From contig JAJPIQ010000044.1 in the NCBI GenBank assembly GCA_021324685.1, positions 17,066-81,065 on the forward strand: a stretch of DNA of 64,000 nt, given 5' to 3'. Source of the stretch: Bacteroidota bacterium (GTDB lineage Bacteria > Bacteroidota > Ignavibacteria > Palsa-1295). Positions 9,418-17,897 of this stretch are shown here, in pieces. Every line of letters begins with the position of its first letter. Within the stretch, counting starts at the first letter, position 1. The notes below the pieces were generated by a model. That model saw nothing but the letters and a program-made list of their open reading frames with translations, was not told the origin of the DNA and did not search any database. A program made the position numbers and the translations under genes.

Positions 9418-10833
9418 TTAACGACCGCGGAAACCACCGCCGCCGCCCGGCCGGCTACCGCCAATCGCAGAAGTTCCGGATGACGTTGGGGCAGCCAATG
9501 TAAAGGCCGCTACGACAACGCTGTCGCCCGGCTTCAGAGGCGGTGTGGCGCGTAGTACCTCCGTGTTATTTGCGTCGGTCAGTCCTTCCACAATATGGAC
9601 CGGCGTGACTTGCGGACCCGTCTTCGAATTGCTCTTGACATAGATCGTCGCGAACCCTGAAGCGCCCGCGATTCCGGCACCGCCATGATGTCGTGTCGTA
9701 TCCTTTGTATCGGTGGTCGAAGCAGTGTGCTGCCGACGGAATTTTGTTGCCGTATCCGGCAGCTTCGTCTCTGTGAAAAATTCCGGTGGGGGTACGAAGC
9801 GTGCCGCTGCCACCGGTACTCGAAGGACGTTCTGCCTTGTATCGCTGATGATGTTAACGGTCGCGGTCATTCCAGGAAAAAGCTTCCCCTCCGGATTTGA
9901 CGTATTGATGATAACGGTATAAGTGACGACATTTTGCGTGGTTACCGGGTTAATTCGGACCTGCCATACGGTGCCACTGAATTTCTCACCTGGATAGGCA
10001 TCCACGGTAAAGTTCACATCCTGCCCTACTTTAACTTCGCCAATATCGGCTTCATCGACGTTTGCAGCAACCTGCATCTGTGTCAGATCTTCCGCAATGA
10101 CATAGAGGACCGTTACATTCAGGCCCGCGGCGACGGTTTGGCCGCTGTCGACATTTCGCGCCTGAACGACACCATCGACGGGCGAGCGGATTTGGGTATA
10201 GCCAAGATTGACCATACTTTGCTCATATTGAGCGGAATCGACTCCAAGGGTTGCCTCAGCATCCCGCAGGGCATTTTCCGTGGCATCGAAGTCTTGCTGC
10301 GCGATCAGTTGCTGGGCAAGAAGGATTCGAGATCGAGCCTCGTTGGCTTTTGCGAGCGCGAGGTCAGATCGAGCTTTTGTCAGGGTGGCCCGGGCCTGCG
10401 TCACGGCCTCCACATAGGGAGCCGTATCGAGTAAAGCAAGCAGTTGGCCACGGTGAACTTTTGTGTTATAATCTGCAAAGATCTTTTTGACGAGGCCGGA
10501 AACCTGACTGCCAACCTGAACGGTCGTTGTTGCCTGAAGGGCGCCGGTTGCCGTTACGCTTTGTGTGATATCGCCATAATCTGCAGCAGCATAGCGGATT
10601 GTCAGGGGTGCTTCCTTTGGGCCGCGGAAAAACAGTAACCAAACCAGAAAGCCACAAAACAGAATGCCGAGTGTAATGTAAAGCGGAGTAAGATTTCGCT
10701 TCGATCGACCCAGGGTCGTTTTCTTGAGCACGGGAGAAGGAGGAGCGCCAGCGGTCGCCGCCTTTGGAATCGTTCCATCGGTCGTGGTGGAGCCCGGTGC
10801 TTCGCGAGAGATAATTACCTTTGTTTCAGCCAT
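9418..10833 (-). CDS. MacA-like efflux periplasmic adaptor (membrane fusion protein)
   Basis: Single TM, VQVGSQVSG, IRSPVDGVV, VDEADIG, PGMTATV. Confidence 0.92.
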   Translation of the reverse strand: MAETKVIISREAPGSTTTDGTIPKAATAGAPPSPVLKKTTLGRSKRNLTPLYITLGILFCGFLVWLLFFRGPKEAPLTIRYAAADYGDITQSVTATGALQATTTVQVGSQVSGLVKKIFADYNTKVHRGQLLALLDTAPYVEAVTQARATLTKARSDLALAKANEARSRILLAQQLIAQQDFDATENALRDAEATLGVDSAQYEQSMVNLGYTQIRSPVDGVVQARNVDSGQTVAAGLNVTVLYVIAEDLTQMQVAANVDEADIGEVKVGQDVNFTVDAYPGEKFSGTVWQVRINPVTTQNVVTYTVIINTSNPEGKLFPGMTATVNIISDTRQNVLRVPVAAARFVPPPEFFTETKLPDTATKFRRQHTASTTDTKDTTRHHGGAGIAGASGFATIYVKSNSKTGPQVTPVHIVEGLTDANNTEVLRATPPLKPGDSVVVAAFTLAAPTSSGTSAIGGSRPGGGGGFRGR

Positions 10834-10933
10834 TGTCGTGGTAGAGGTCTATCGTTAAACTTATTTCCAATTGCAGAGTTCGATAAATATACGGCAAATT
10901 CCGCCAAAAGTACCTTCCGGAGTCGCATAATAA

Positions 10934-12250
10934 TTATTCATTTGAAGTGGAATGTGAAATTTCGTTTAATAAGGCTGCGGAGGCCGCATAACCGTTCCGA
11001 ATTGCACCTTCAATCGTTGCAGGAAGACCGTTTTGCACGAAGTCCCCCGAGAAATAAAAACGCGGAATGGACGATTTTGTCGAAGGCCTGAGCCTCTGGA
11101 CCGTATACGTAAAAAGCGGAGTCGCTCGTTTTTCGCGAACGATTTGGGAAGTCAGAAGACGCACATTTTTCATTTGCGGGATTGCCATCTTGAGATCATT
11201 CCACAAAACATCTTCTATTTCCTGGTTCGATTTTTCGCTTAGTGCTCCGGCCGCGCTAACGGTCAACGCAAGCCGTTGTGCCGAGTATTGAGATGCTTTC
11301 GGGAAAACCCATTGCAGAGTCGTGCCAACCATTGCATGGATTGGCCCCGAAAGCACCCTACGGTCGAGCCAGAAATAGGCATTCACGATCGGAGAAAATT
11401 GGAATTCCGGAATTGATGAGCGGATCCGTTCCGGAAGCGGTTCTTTGGCGGTATTGGAATATATCACACTCTCGAAGTTCTCTTCTCCGCCGTCGAATTT
11501 TAGAAGAAAAGAACCGCTCGAATGTTCTATGGATCGTACTGGAGTCGACCGCCGAATGTGCACACCGCGCGTCGCGATAAAATCGATAGCGGGCTGAACG
11601 AGAAGTTCCGAAAGCCCGCACGAAGGAATGAGAAGATCGCTGGCATCGGGACCGGACAAAAATGCTTCTCGAAAGACGTTGATAAAAAGCTCGGCGCTTG
11701 CCTCGTGGATTGGCGCATTGATCGTGGCGAGCACGATCGGTTCCCACAGGCGCCGAATGAGTCGATCCGGCTGCCGAAATTTTTTGAAGAGTTCTATCGC
11801 CGAGTGCGATCTGGCATTCCGGACTGCGGAACCATGGATGGCAATCCCCAGCCACGTCGCAGCGCATTTTTCTTTGAACGAGAGAAGATCCGACTTCCAT
11901 ACGGCGCCCAGCAGGTTCACCGCGGGCTTCCCTTGATTTTGAAGTTCAAGGCGGGAAGTGCTTGCCCCCGATTCGTGGAAATCCAACGAGAGCCTCCTGC
12001 GCTCGAGTTGCTTGAGCGATCCGATCGATTCGAGATATGCGAGCGTTGCGCGATAGCAACCGATGAGGAGGTGTTGGCCGTTATCGAGGACGTCGCCAGT
12101 CGCTGGGTCCAGCCATGAGCGAGTTCGTCCGCCGGCTTCTCGGCGGGCCTCGAATAGCGTGATGTTCTCGAATCCGCGTTCGACAAGACTAACTGCTGCC
12201 GCAAGACCGCTCACTCCCGCACCGACGACCGCTATTTTCGAATTCAGCAA
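10934..12250 (-). CDS. hpnE: Hydroxysqualene dehydroxylase, FAD-dependent (squalene/hopanoid pathway)
   Basis: GAGVSG dinucleotide motif, GGRTRS, DNGQHLLIGCY, EKRAT, GDFVQNGLPATIEGA. Confidence 0.82.
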   Translation of the reverse strand: MLNSKIAVVGAGVSGLAAAVSLVERGFENITLFEARREAGGRTRSWLDPATGDVLDNGQHLLIGCYRATLAYLESIGSLKQLERRRLSLDFHESGASTSRLELQNQGKPAVNLLGAVWKSDLLSFKEKCAATWLGIAIHGSAVRNARSHSAIELFKKFRQPDRLIRRLWEPIVLATINAPIHEASAELFINVFREAFLSGPDASDLLIPSCGLSELLVQPAIDFIATRGVHIRRSTPVRSIEHSSGSFLLKFDGGEENFESVIYSNTAKEPLPERIRSSIPEFQFSPIVNAYFWLDRRVLSGPIHAMVGTTLQWVFPKASQYSAQRLALTVSAAGALSEKSNQEIEDVLWNDLKMAIPQMKNVRLLTSQIVREKRATPLFTYTVQRLRPSTKSSIPRFYFSGDFVQNGLPATIEGAIRNGYAASAALLNEISHSTSNE

Positions 12251-12257
12251 ATTCTTT

Positions 12258-12638
12258 ATGCCTCGTAAACGACAAATACCACCGGTGCTCGGTATTGGAC
12301 CAATTAAACCCTTACGACCGAGTTTCTATGCTCGTGTTTATGAGATCGTAGAACAAATCCCGGTGGGAAAGGTGACGACCTATGGCGCGATCGCCGAAGT
12401 TCTGGGCATGAAGGGGTCGTCCCGGATGGTCGGACAGGCGCTTTCCGAGCTGCCTGAAGATTCCGATGTTCCGGCGCAACGTGTTATAAATAGGATCGGT
12501 GCACTATCGGGGGCGCATCATTTTGGTGGGTACGGGCGAATGCGCACGATCCTTCGGCGGGAAGGCGTGACATTCAAAGGCGAGTTGGTCGATCTGAAGA
12601 AGCACTTTTGGGACCCGAAGCATTTGAAAAATGAATGA
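12258..12638 (+). CDS. MGMT-family alkyltransferase-like (ATL) DNA-binding protein
   Basis: IPVGKVTTYGAIA, RMVGQAL, and PAQRV in place of PCHRV; start placed at ATG 12258. Confidence 0.85.
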   Translation: MPRKRQIPPVLGIGPIKPLRPSFYARVYEIVEQIPVGKVTTYGAIAEVLGMKGSSRMVGQALSELPEDSDVPAQRVINRIGALSGAHHFGGYGRMRTILRREGVTFKGELVDLKKHFWDPKHLKNE

Positions 12639-12712
12639 TAGTGGGATGGCGATTTTCGGAAGTCTTTAGGCTGAAATTGTGTTTAGGGCGGCTCTAAGAC
12701 TAATTTTACGGA

Positions 12713-14470
12713 ATGGCAACGAATGTTGTAATGCCCAAAATGGGCGAATCGATCACGGAAGGCACAGTCCTTCGCTGGCTCAAAAAAGAAGGAGACAAAG
12801 TCGAAAAGGACGAGCCGATCCTTGAAATTTCGACCGATAAAGTCGATACCGAAGTACCTTCGCCGGTAGCTGGGACCCTCCTCAGAATTTTAGCCCAGGA
12901 AAAACAGACCGTTTCCGTTGGAGAGCCGATCGCATCGATTGGAACCAATGGAGAGGCGAGCAGCGCGGTGTCTGTGGCAACCACAAAGCAGGCAGCACCA
13001 TCGACGGAATCTGTAAAGCCTGCTTCCGAAGCGCCGGCGGCTCCGGCGGTGCAATCTCCGACTCAGACCGCTTCGCAAACACCGTCGCCGAATGGACAGG
13101 CTGGTGGTCAGCCCGTAGTGATGCCCAAAATGGGTGAATCAATCGCTGAAGGAACCGTACTTCGCTGGCTCAAGAACGAGGGAGATAAAGTAGAAAAGGA
13201 CGAGCCGATCCTCGAAATCTCGACCGACAAAGTAGATACCGAAGTTCCCGCCCCCTTTGCAGGAACGCTTTCGAAAATTGTTGCCAAGGAAAAAGAGACG
13301 GTTGCCGTCGGTGCTACGATCGCTTATCTATCGGGCGGTGCGGCACCCGCGCAACCAACGGCAAGCGCCGGAGCGTCCGAAAGCAAAGTGGTTTCCCAGG
13401 TCGCGTCACAACCGGTACAGCCACAAGTGTCGCAGTTGTCGCAAACACCAAAGCCTGCAATGCAAGGCTCGTCTGCTACGAAAGACGATCGCTTTTATTC
13501 TCCGCTGGTGAAAAATATCGCGAAAACCGAAGGAATTTCTCCCGAAGAACTTTCGCGAATTCCGGGAACCGGTATGAGCGGCCGCGTCAACAAGAACGAC
13601 ATGTTGAAGTACGTCGATGCTCGGAAATCCGGCGCGGTGCCTCGTTACCAGACAACTCCTTCCTTCGCTCCGACCTCACCCTCTTTTGCGCCCGGTCAAC
13701 CAAAGCCGATGGCCGCACCATCGTTTGCCTCCAGCGGGGAAGCGGTAACGGTCATTCCGATGGACAATATTCGCCAGCGGATCGCAGAGCACATGGTCCG
13801 ATCGGTCCATACCAGCGCGCATGTGACTTCCGTGAGCGAAGTCGATGTGACCAATATCGTCAACTATCAGAAAAAGAACAAGGAGGTCTTCCAGCAGCGC
13901 TATGGCGTAAAACTTACCCTGACGCCGATTTTCGTCGAGTGCATGATTAAGGCGTTGCGTGAGTTTCCGTTTATTAACGCGTCGATCGATGGGAACAATA
14001 TTGTAGTTCGGAATGAGATCAATTTTGGGATCGCCGTCGCCATGCCACAGCAGGAAGGTTCACCACTCCCGCCAGCGTTAATTGTACCCGTCATCAAACA
14101 CGCCGACAAACTTTCGCTGTCAGGACTCGCCGAAGCAGTCGGAGAACTTGCCAACAAAGCTCGAACAAAGAAACTCACTCCGGACGATATTTCCGGCGGA
14201 ACGTTTACGATCACGAATCCCGGAATGTTCGGAAATATCCTTTCGACGCCGATCATCAATCAGCCGAATTTGGCAATTATGTCGACCGGTGCGATTGTTA
14301 AACGGCCCGTTGTAAAGACCGATGAGGAGGGTAACGATTACATTGCGATCCGTTCGATGATGTTCCTCGGCCTTTCACATGACCATCGATTGATCGACGG
14401 CCTTTACGCAGTACAATTTACAGAACGCGTCAAGCAATACATGGAGGCATTCCGAGGAGACGGGATTTAA
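12713..14470 (+). CDS. sucB: 2-oxoacid dehydrogenase E2 (dihydrolipoamide acyltransferase, SucB-like) with two lipoyl domains
   Basis: Two EISTDKVDTEVP lipoyl domains, E3-binding region GTGMSGRVNKND, catalytic DHRLIDG. Substrate class (2-oxoglutarate vs branched-chain) is not certain. Confidence 0.8.
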   Translation: MATNVVMPKMGESITEGTVLRWLKKEGDKVEKDEPILEISTDKVDTEVPSPVAGTLLRILAQEKQTVSVGEPIASIGTNGEASSAVSVATTKQAAPSTESVKPASEAPAAPAVQSPTQTASQTPSPNGQAGGQPVVMPKMGESIAEGTVLRWLKNEGDKVEKDEPILEISTDKVDTEVPAPFAGTLSKIVAKEKETVAVGATIAYLSGGAAPAQPTASAGASESKVVSQVASQPVQPQVSQLSQTPKPAMQGSSATKDDRFYSPLVKNIAKTEGISPEELSRIPGTGMSGRVNKNDMLKYVDARKSGAVPRYQTTPSFAPTSPSFAPGQPKPMAAPSFASSGEAVTVIPMDNIRQRIAEHMVRSVHTSAHVTSVSEVDVTNIVNYQKKNKEVFQQRYGVKLTLTPIFVECMIKALREFPFINASIDGNNIVVRNEINFGIAVAMPQQEGSPLPPALIVPVIKHADKLSLSGLAEAVGELANKARTKKLTPDDISGGTFTITNPGMFGNILSTPIINQPNLAIMSTGAIVKRPVVKTDEEGNDYIAIRSMMFLGLSHDHRLIDGLYAVQFTERVKQYMEAFRGDGI

Positions 14471-14509
14471 ATTCAACGCTCCCCGGCCTCCCGCTTTCGC
14501 CAATACGTT

Positions 14510-15271
14510 TTATTGTTCGGCAGGGAGGGCTGCGAGGCTTTCCTTGATGAGGTCAAGGGCTTCTTCGACCTGGACTTCCTTGTTCTCCATTTCAAAAGAG
14601 CGGACCGAAAACACGGGCTGGACCGCATTAATGATCGCTTCGGCTTTTTTGGGGTCGCCTTTGGAGAGTTTCGGAAGATTAGTGAGAACGTCTTCGCCGT
14701 AGCGGTATTCGGTATGTTCTTCAATGACCGGCATGCGGCCGCTACGAATGTCTTTCTTCGTTGCTGCCGGCACGGCTTCGCTCTTTAATAGAACTTTTTT
14801 CAGCTCGTCGATGAGGGAATCCATTTTTTCTTCCGGGATATCATGGACGAGTTTAGGATTGAACTCGAAATGCTTTACCTCTTCAATGTCGATATCGACG
14901 TCCTGTTTTTCTTTGAGGTCCATGATCTTGCCGGCGCGGTCTTCATCGATGATGGCGTACTTTTTCATGGGAACGATAAGAGCTTTTGCGTCGTCGGTCG
15001 TGACGGTAAAGGAATTCGGTTCCCTCCCGCCTTTGACGACATCGGTCAGCCATTCGGGAATAATACTCGAAAACATGACTTTGCGTGCATGGCCCGAGAT
15101 CGAGCCCAAAACACGGTTGAGTGCATTGAGCGCACCGAGCACTTTGAGCGCGCTTGCCGCGACGCGCTGCTTCGTACCCGTGAGAGCATAGACTTTTTTC
15201 TTTTTCGGTTTTTTGGACCGACTTGCCGATTCCTGGACGGCTTGCGAAATGATATCTTTCATCTTTGCCAT
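14510..15271 (-). CDS. Hypothetical cytoplasmic protein, Lys/Glu-rich
   Basis: 253-aa ORF with ATG start filling the gap between genes; no recognised family. Confidence 0.7.
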   Translation of the reverse strand: MAKMKDIISQAVQESASRSKKPKKKKVYALTGTKQRVAASALKVLGALNALNRVLGSISGHARKVMFSSIIPEWLTDVVKGGREPNSFTVTTDDAKALIVPMKKYAIIDEDRAGKIMDLKEKQDVDIDIEEVKHFEFNPKLVHDIPEEKMDSLIDELKKVLLKSEAVPAATKKDIRSGRMPVIEEHTEYRYGEDVLTNLPKLSKGDPKKAEAIINAVQPVFSVRSFEMENKEVQVEEALDLIKESLAALPAEQ

Positions 15272-15493
15272 AGCATTACGCCGTGCGAGGCGCGTGCCGA
15301 CACGTAGATCGAAGCACTGAGAAAGAAATAATAGAAAAGCAGCGGGGTGTTAGTAAAAATTCGAGAAGTAATGGTAAGGATCCTTTCTTTTCAAAACAAA
15401 AAGTGGGAGTTTGTGGGGACACTATATTATAAGATAATTACCTTTTATTCACCCCATCATACGGGAGTCTCTTAAGTTATTAGAATTAAGTCA

Positions 15494-16666
15494 ATGAAGA
15501 TCGTGCGGATTTCTGTCTTTCTCCTTGCTGTTTTATTACTATTCTCGTCTGCGAGTTCCGTCTCAGCTCGAAAACCGTCGCGGTCCCCACAGGGAACTTC
15601 AATTGCGATAACCGTTCCAGATACAAATCAGCAGGACTTAAGCAATGGCCAGACGCACACTTTTAGATTTATCGTTCAAAACACCTCTAACGACACGGAA
15701 ATCATTTTTGTACAGCGTTCTGAGGCGCTGGCGCCCGGCTGGACCACAAGCATTTGCGATCCACAGACCTGTCATGATGCAAAGGATTCATTGGTACCCT
15801 GGGCACTCCCTCCGGCTCATTCCGGAGATTTTACGCTCAATATGAATCCGGTGCTTGACGATCAGCCCGATAGTACTTCGGTAAGCCTTGCTATTGGTAT
15901 TAGCGGTAGTCCGAGTGATACGATACTGAGGTTTTTCGGTACTTCGAAACCCGGAACCCCGCCACTTATTTTCAGTTGGAACTCGCTCGTAACCGAAAAA
16001 ACATACTCGGGTTCAGGGATCTACGCACTTACTAACTTCCTCGACAATGTTTCAGGCCGGACGGTCGATTTTGCGCTTACGATTCAGGATTCCGTTCCCA
16101 GTGGATGGAGCCTGAGCATCTGCAATGGGGTTCCCGACGACCAGGGAAATATTAACGATAATTGTAGTGTCGGGACCGCCTTCACTTCGATTTTTTCTCC
16201 TTATCTCGGTACCGCTTACGAGCAGCGTCTGAAGTTCAAACTCAATGCTCCCACGGTCACGAAGGAAGACTCTGCGGTAATTTACGTCAGCGTTCATCCA
16301 AAGACCAATAACCCGGCCGATTCGGCGAATTACCGCTTCGTAATGCGAGTCCAGCCGCAGAGCGATGTCGCTGTACCCGGTTCCGATGACCGTGCCGGGC
16401 TGACGGTTACAAATGCGTGGCCGAACCCAGTCTATCATGGTGCAAGGTTACATCTCGATGTTCTTACGGACCGCGAAGGTGCAGCGTTGGCAACGATATA
16501 TGACGTGGCCGGGACCCGCCAGTCTGCCGTCAACATTGGGACGTTGGAAGAGGGTGAGAACCACCTTCAGGTTGAAATTCCGAGCCTTCCGAGCGGCGAA
16601 TATATCGTTCGGATCGATCAGGGAACGGTTTCGTCTGAGGCCGTTCGATTCAGTATTATAAAATAG
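15494..16666 (+). CDS. Secreted T9SS type A sorting domain protein with two Ig-like repeats
   Basis: Signal peptide; repeated GW(T/S)xSIC motif; CTD AWPNPV...IYDVAG...LPSGEYIVRI. Confidence 0.85.
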   Translation: MKIVRISVFLLAVLLLFSSASSVSARKPSRSPQGTSIAITVPDTNQQDLSNGQTHTFRFIVQNTSNDTEIIFVQRSEALAPGWTTSICDPQTCHDAKDSLVPWALPPAHSGDFTLNMNPVLDDQPDSTSVSLAIGISGSPSDTILRFFGTSKPGTPPLIFSWNSLVTEKTYSGSGIYALTNFLDNVSGRTVDFALTIQDSVPSGWSLSICNGVPDDQGNINDNCSVGTAFTSIFSPYLGTAYEQRLKFKLNAPTVTKEDSAVIYVSVHPKTNNPADSANYRFVMRVQPQSDVAVPGSDDRAGLTVTNAWPNPVYHGARLHLDVLTDREGAALATIYDVAGTRQSAVNIGTLEEGENHLQVEIPSLPSGEYIVRIDQGTVSSEAVRFSIIK

Positions 16667-16689
16667 TCGGGAAGTCCTTAAAAAAGGCT

Positions 16690-16722
16690 GCAAAAAACGC
16701 TCAAAACGAGCGTTTTTTTTGC
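16690..16722 (+). terminator. Intrinsic terminator, probably bidirectional
   Basis: gcaaaaaacgctc-aaaac-gagcgttttttttgc inverted repeat downstream of the CDS. Confidence 0.75.
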
Positions 16723-16735
16723 GAAAAATTGAAGG

Positions 16736-16993
16736 TTTTCCACTCATTATCCCTCAAATGGCCGGGGTACACTCGGAGGGAACTCAAACAAGGAGTGTGA
16801 ATCATTCCCTTATGCAATCCCGCTAATTCTCAGCAAAATAAAGGATTTCGAAGGTTATCCACTTATTCGCATTGAGTTATTCACCTGGCTGTTGATAAAT
16901 GGCGACTTATGAACCATTTTATCAACAACGAATGGGATAATTTTCAAGCATAACTATTCCGCCCTTTACTGTCGCATTTTTTTTTGTTGAAAA
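16736..16993. other. Candidate replication origin (cluster of DnaA-box-like 9-mers)
   Basis: TTTTCCACT 16736, TTATCCCTC 16747, TGTGAATCA 16796, TTATCCACT 16855, TTATTCGCA 16863, TTATTCACC 16877, TGTTGATAA 16890, TTATCAACA 16919, ATGGGATAA 16932 and TGTTGAAAA 16985, in an AT-rich gap between convergent genes. Confidence 0.65.
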
Positions 16994-17041
16994 ACGAGCA
17001 CTGCCATATCAGACAAGGCCGCGCGAGACATAGCAATTATT

Positions 17042-17770
17042 TTATGCGGTTCTATCAATGCCTTCCGCTTTTTCCTTTATCACGGACTGTATGAATGTCT
17101 GAATTGCGGCATTGACCGGCTCCGGCCGCGCCTGACCGACCAAATGCTTGGTTCGCCGAATAATAACTACGTGCTTGCTCGGTTTTGGGCAGGAGATGAT
17201 CTGGTCTTTCTCACCGTGAATGCGAATGTATGGTACGTCGATCGGACATCCCTGCCACTGTACGAGTGCGTGATAGGCATCTCGAAAAAGTCCTCGTGCA
17301 AGTTCATGATACATTACGCCCGCAAGCCGAATTTCTTCCCTGGAAATACCGGAGACCATCCGCATCACGGGTGCGACAAAAACTTCCGCCGCACGGTAGA
17401 CCCATAGTGGAAGCCACCAGCAAAAATAACGTCCGAACATTCGTGGGATCGCGCGGATCTCCCGCGATGTCGTGGGGCCGCCTATAAGAATAAGGCCGCG
17501 AACCGGAAGATATTTTGCGAGTTCCATACCGATCGCAGAGCCGAGCGAATAACCGGCGATAAAGAGGGGCTTCGATGAGTCGATCCGGTGATCGAACAAA
17601 AGGTGATCGCAAAACCGCTTGCTGTAGCTTTCGAGAGATTCTCGTTGTTTGAATGCGATGTAATCCGGCGTAATGAAATGATAGGGCAGCGTAAGTTGCG
17701 AATGGGCCATCCGATGGTCGCCGCCAAGGCCTGGAAGAAGAAGAAGTTGGACCTCGGTTTCGTCGATCAC
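17042..17770 (-). CDS. Alpha/beta hydrolase
   Basis: LLPGLGGD, nucleophile motif GYSLG, IHGEKDQII, C-terminal His. Confidence 0.85.
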   Translation of the reverse strand: MIDETEVQLLLLPGLGGDHRMAHSQLTLPYHFITPDYIAFKQRESLESYSKRFCDHLLFDHRIDSSKPLFIAGYSLGSAIGMELAKYLPVRGLILIGGPTTSREIRAIPRMFGRYFCWWLPLWVYRAAEVFVAPVMRMVSGISREEIRLAGVMYHELARGLFRDAYHALVQWQGCPIDVPYIRIHGEKDQIISCPKPSKHVVIIRRTKHLVGQARPEPVNAAIQTFIQSVIKEKAEGIDRTA

Positions 17771-17897
17771 CGTTATTAACGTATTAAAGTTTTAGAATTC
17801 CTGGGGGAATTCACTCGATGTTAAGCCACGAGCCGTCGTGCGAAAAAGGAATGCTCTGAAGAGGACTGACTTCCTGCCTCATCTACCAAAGGTACGG

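Noticed and set aside
12731..13250. Long imperfect DNA direct repeat in sucB
   Set aside because: Explained by the two lipoyl domains; differences are mostly synonymous
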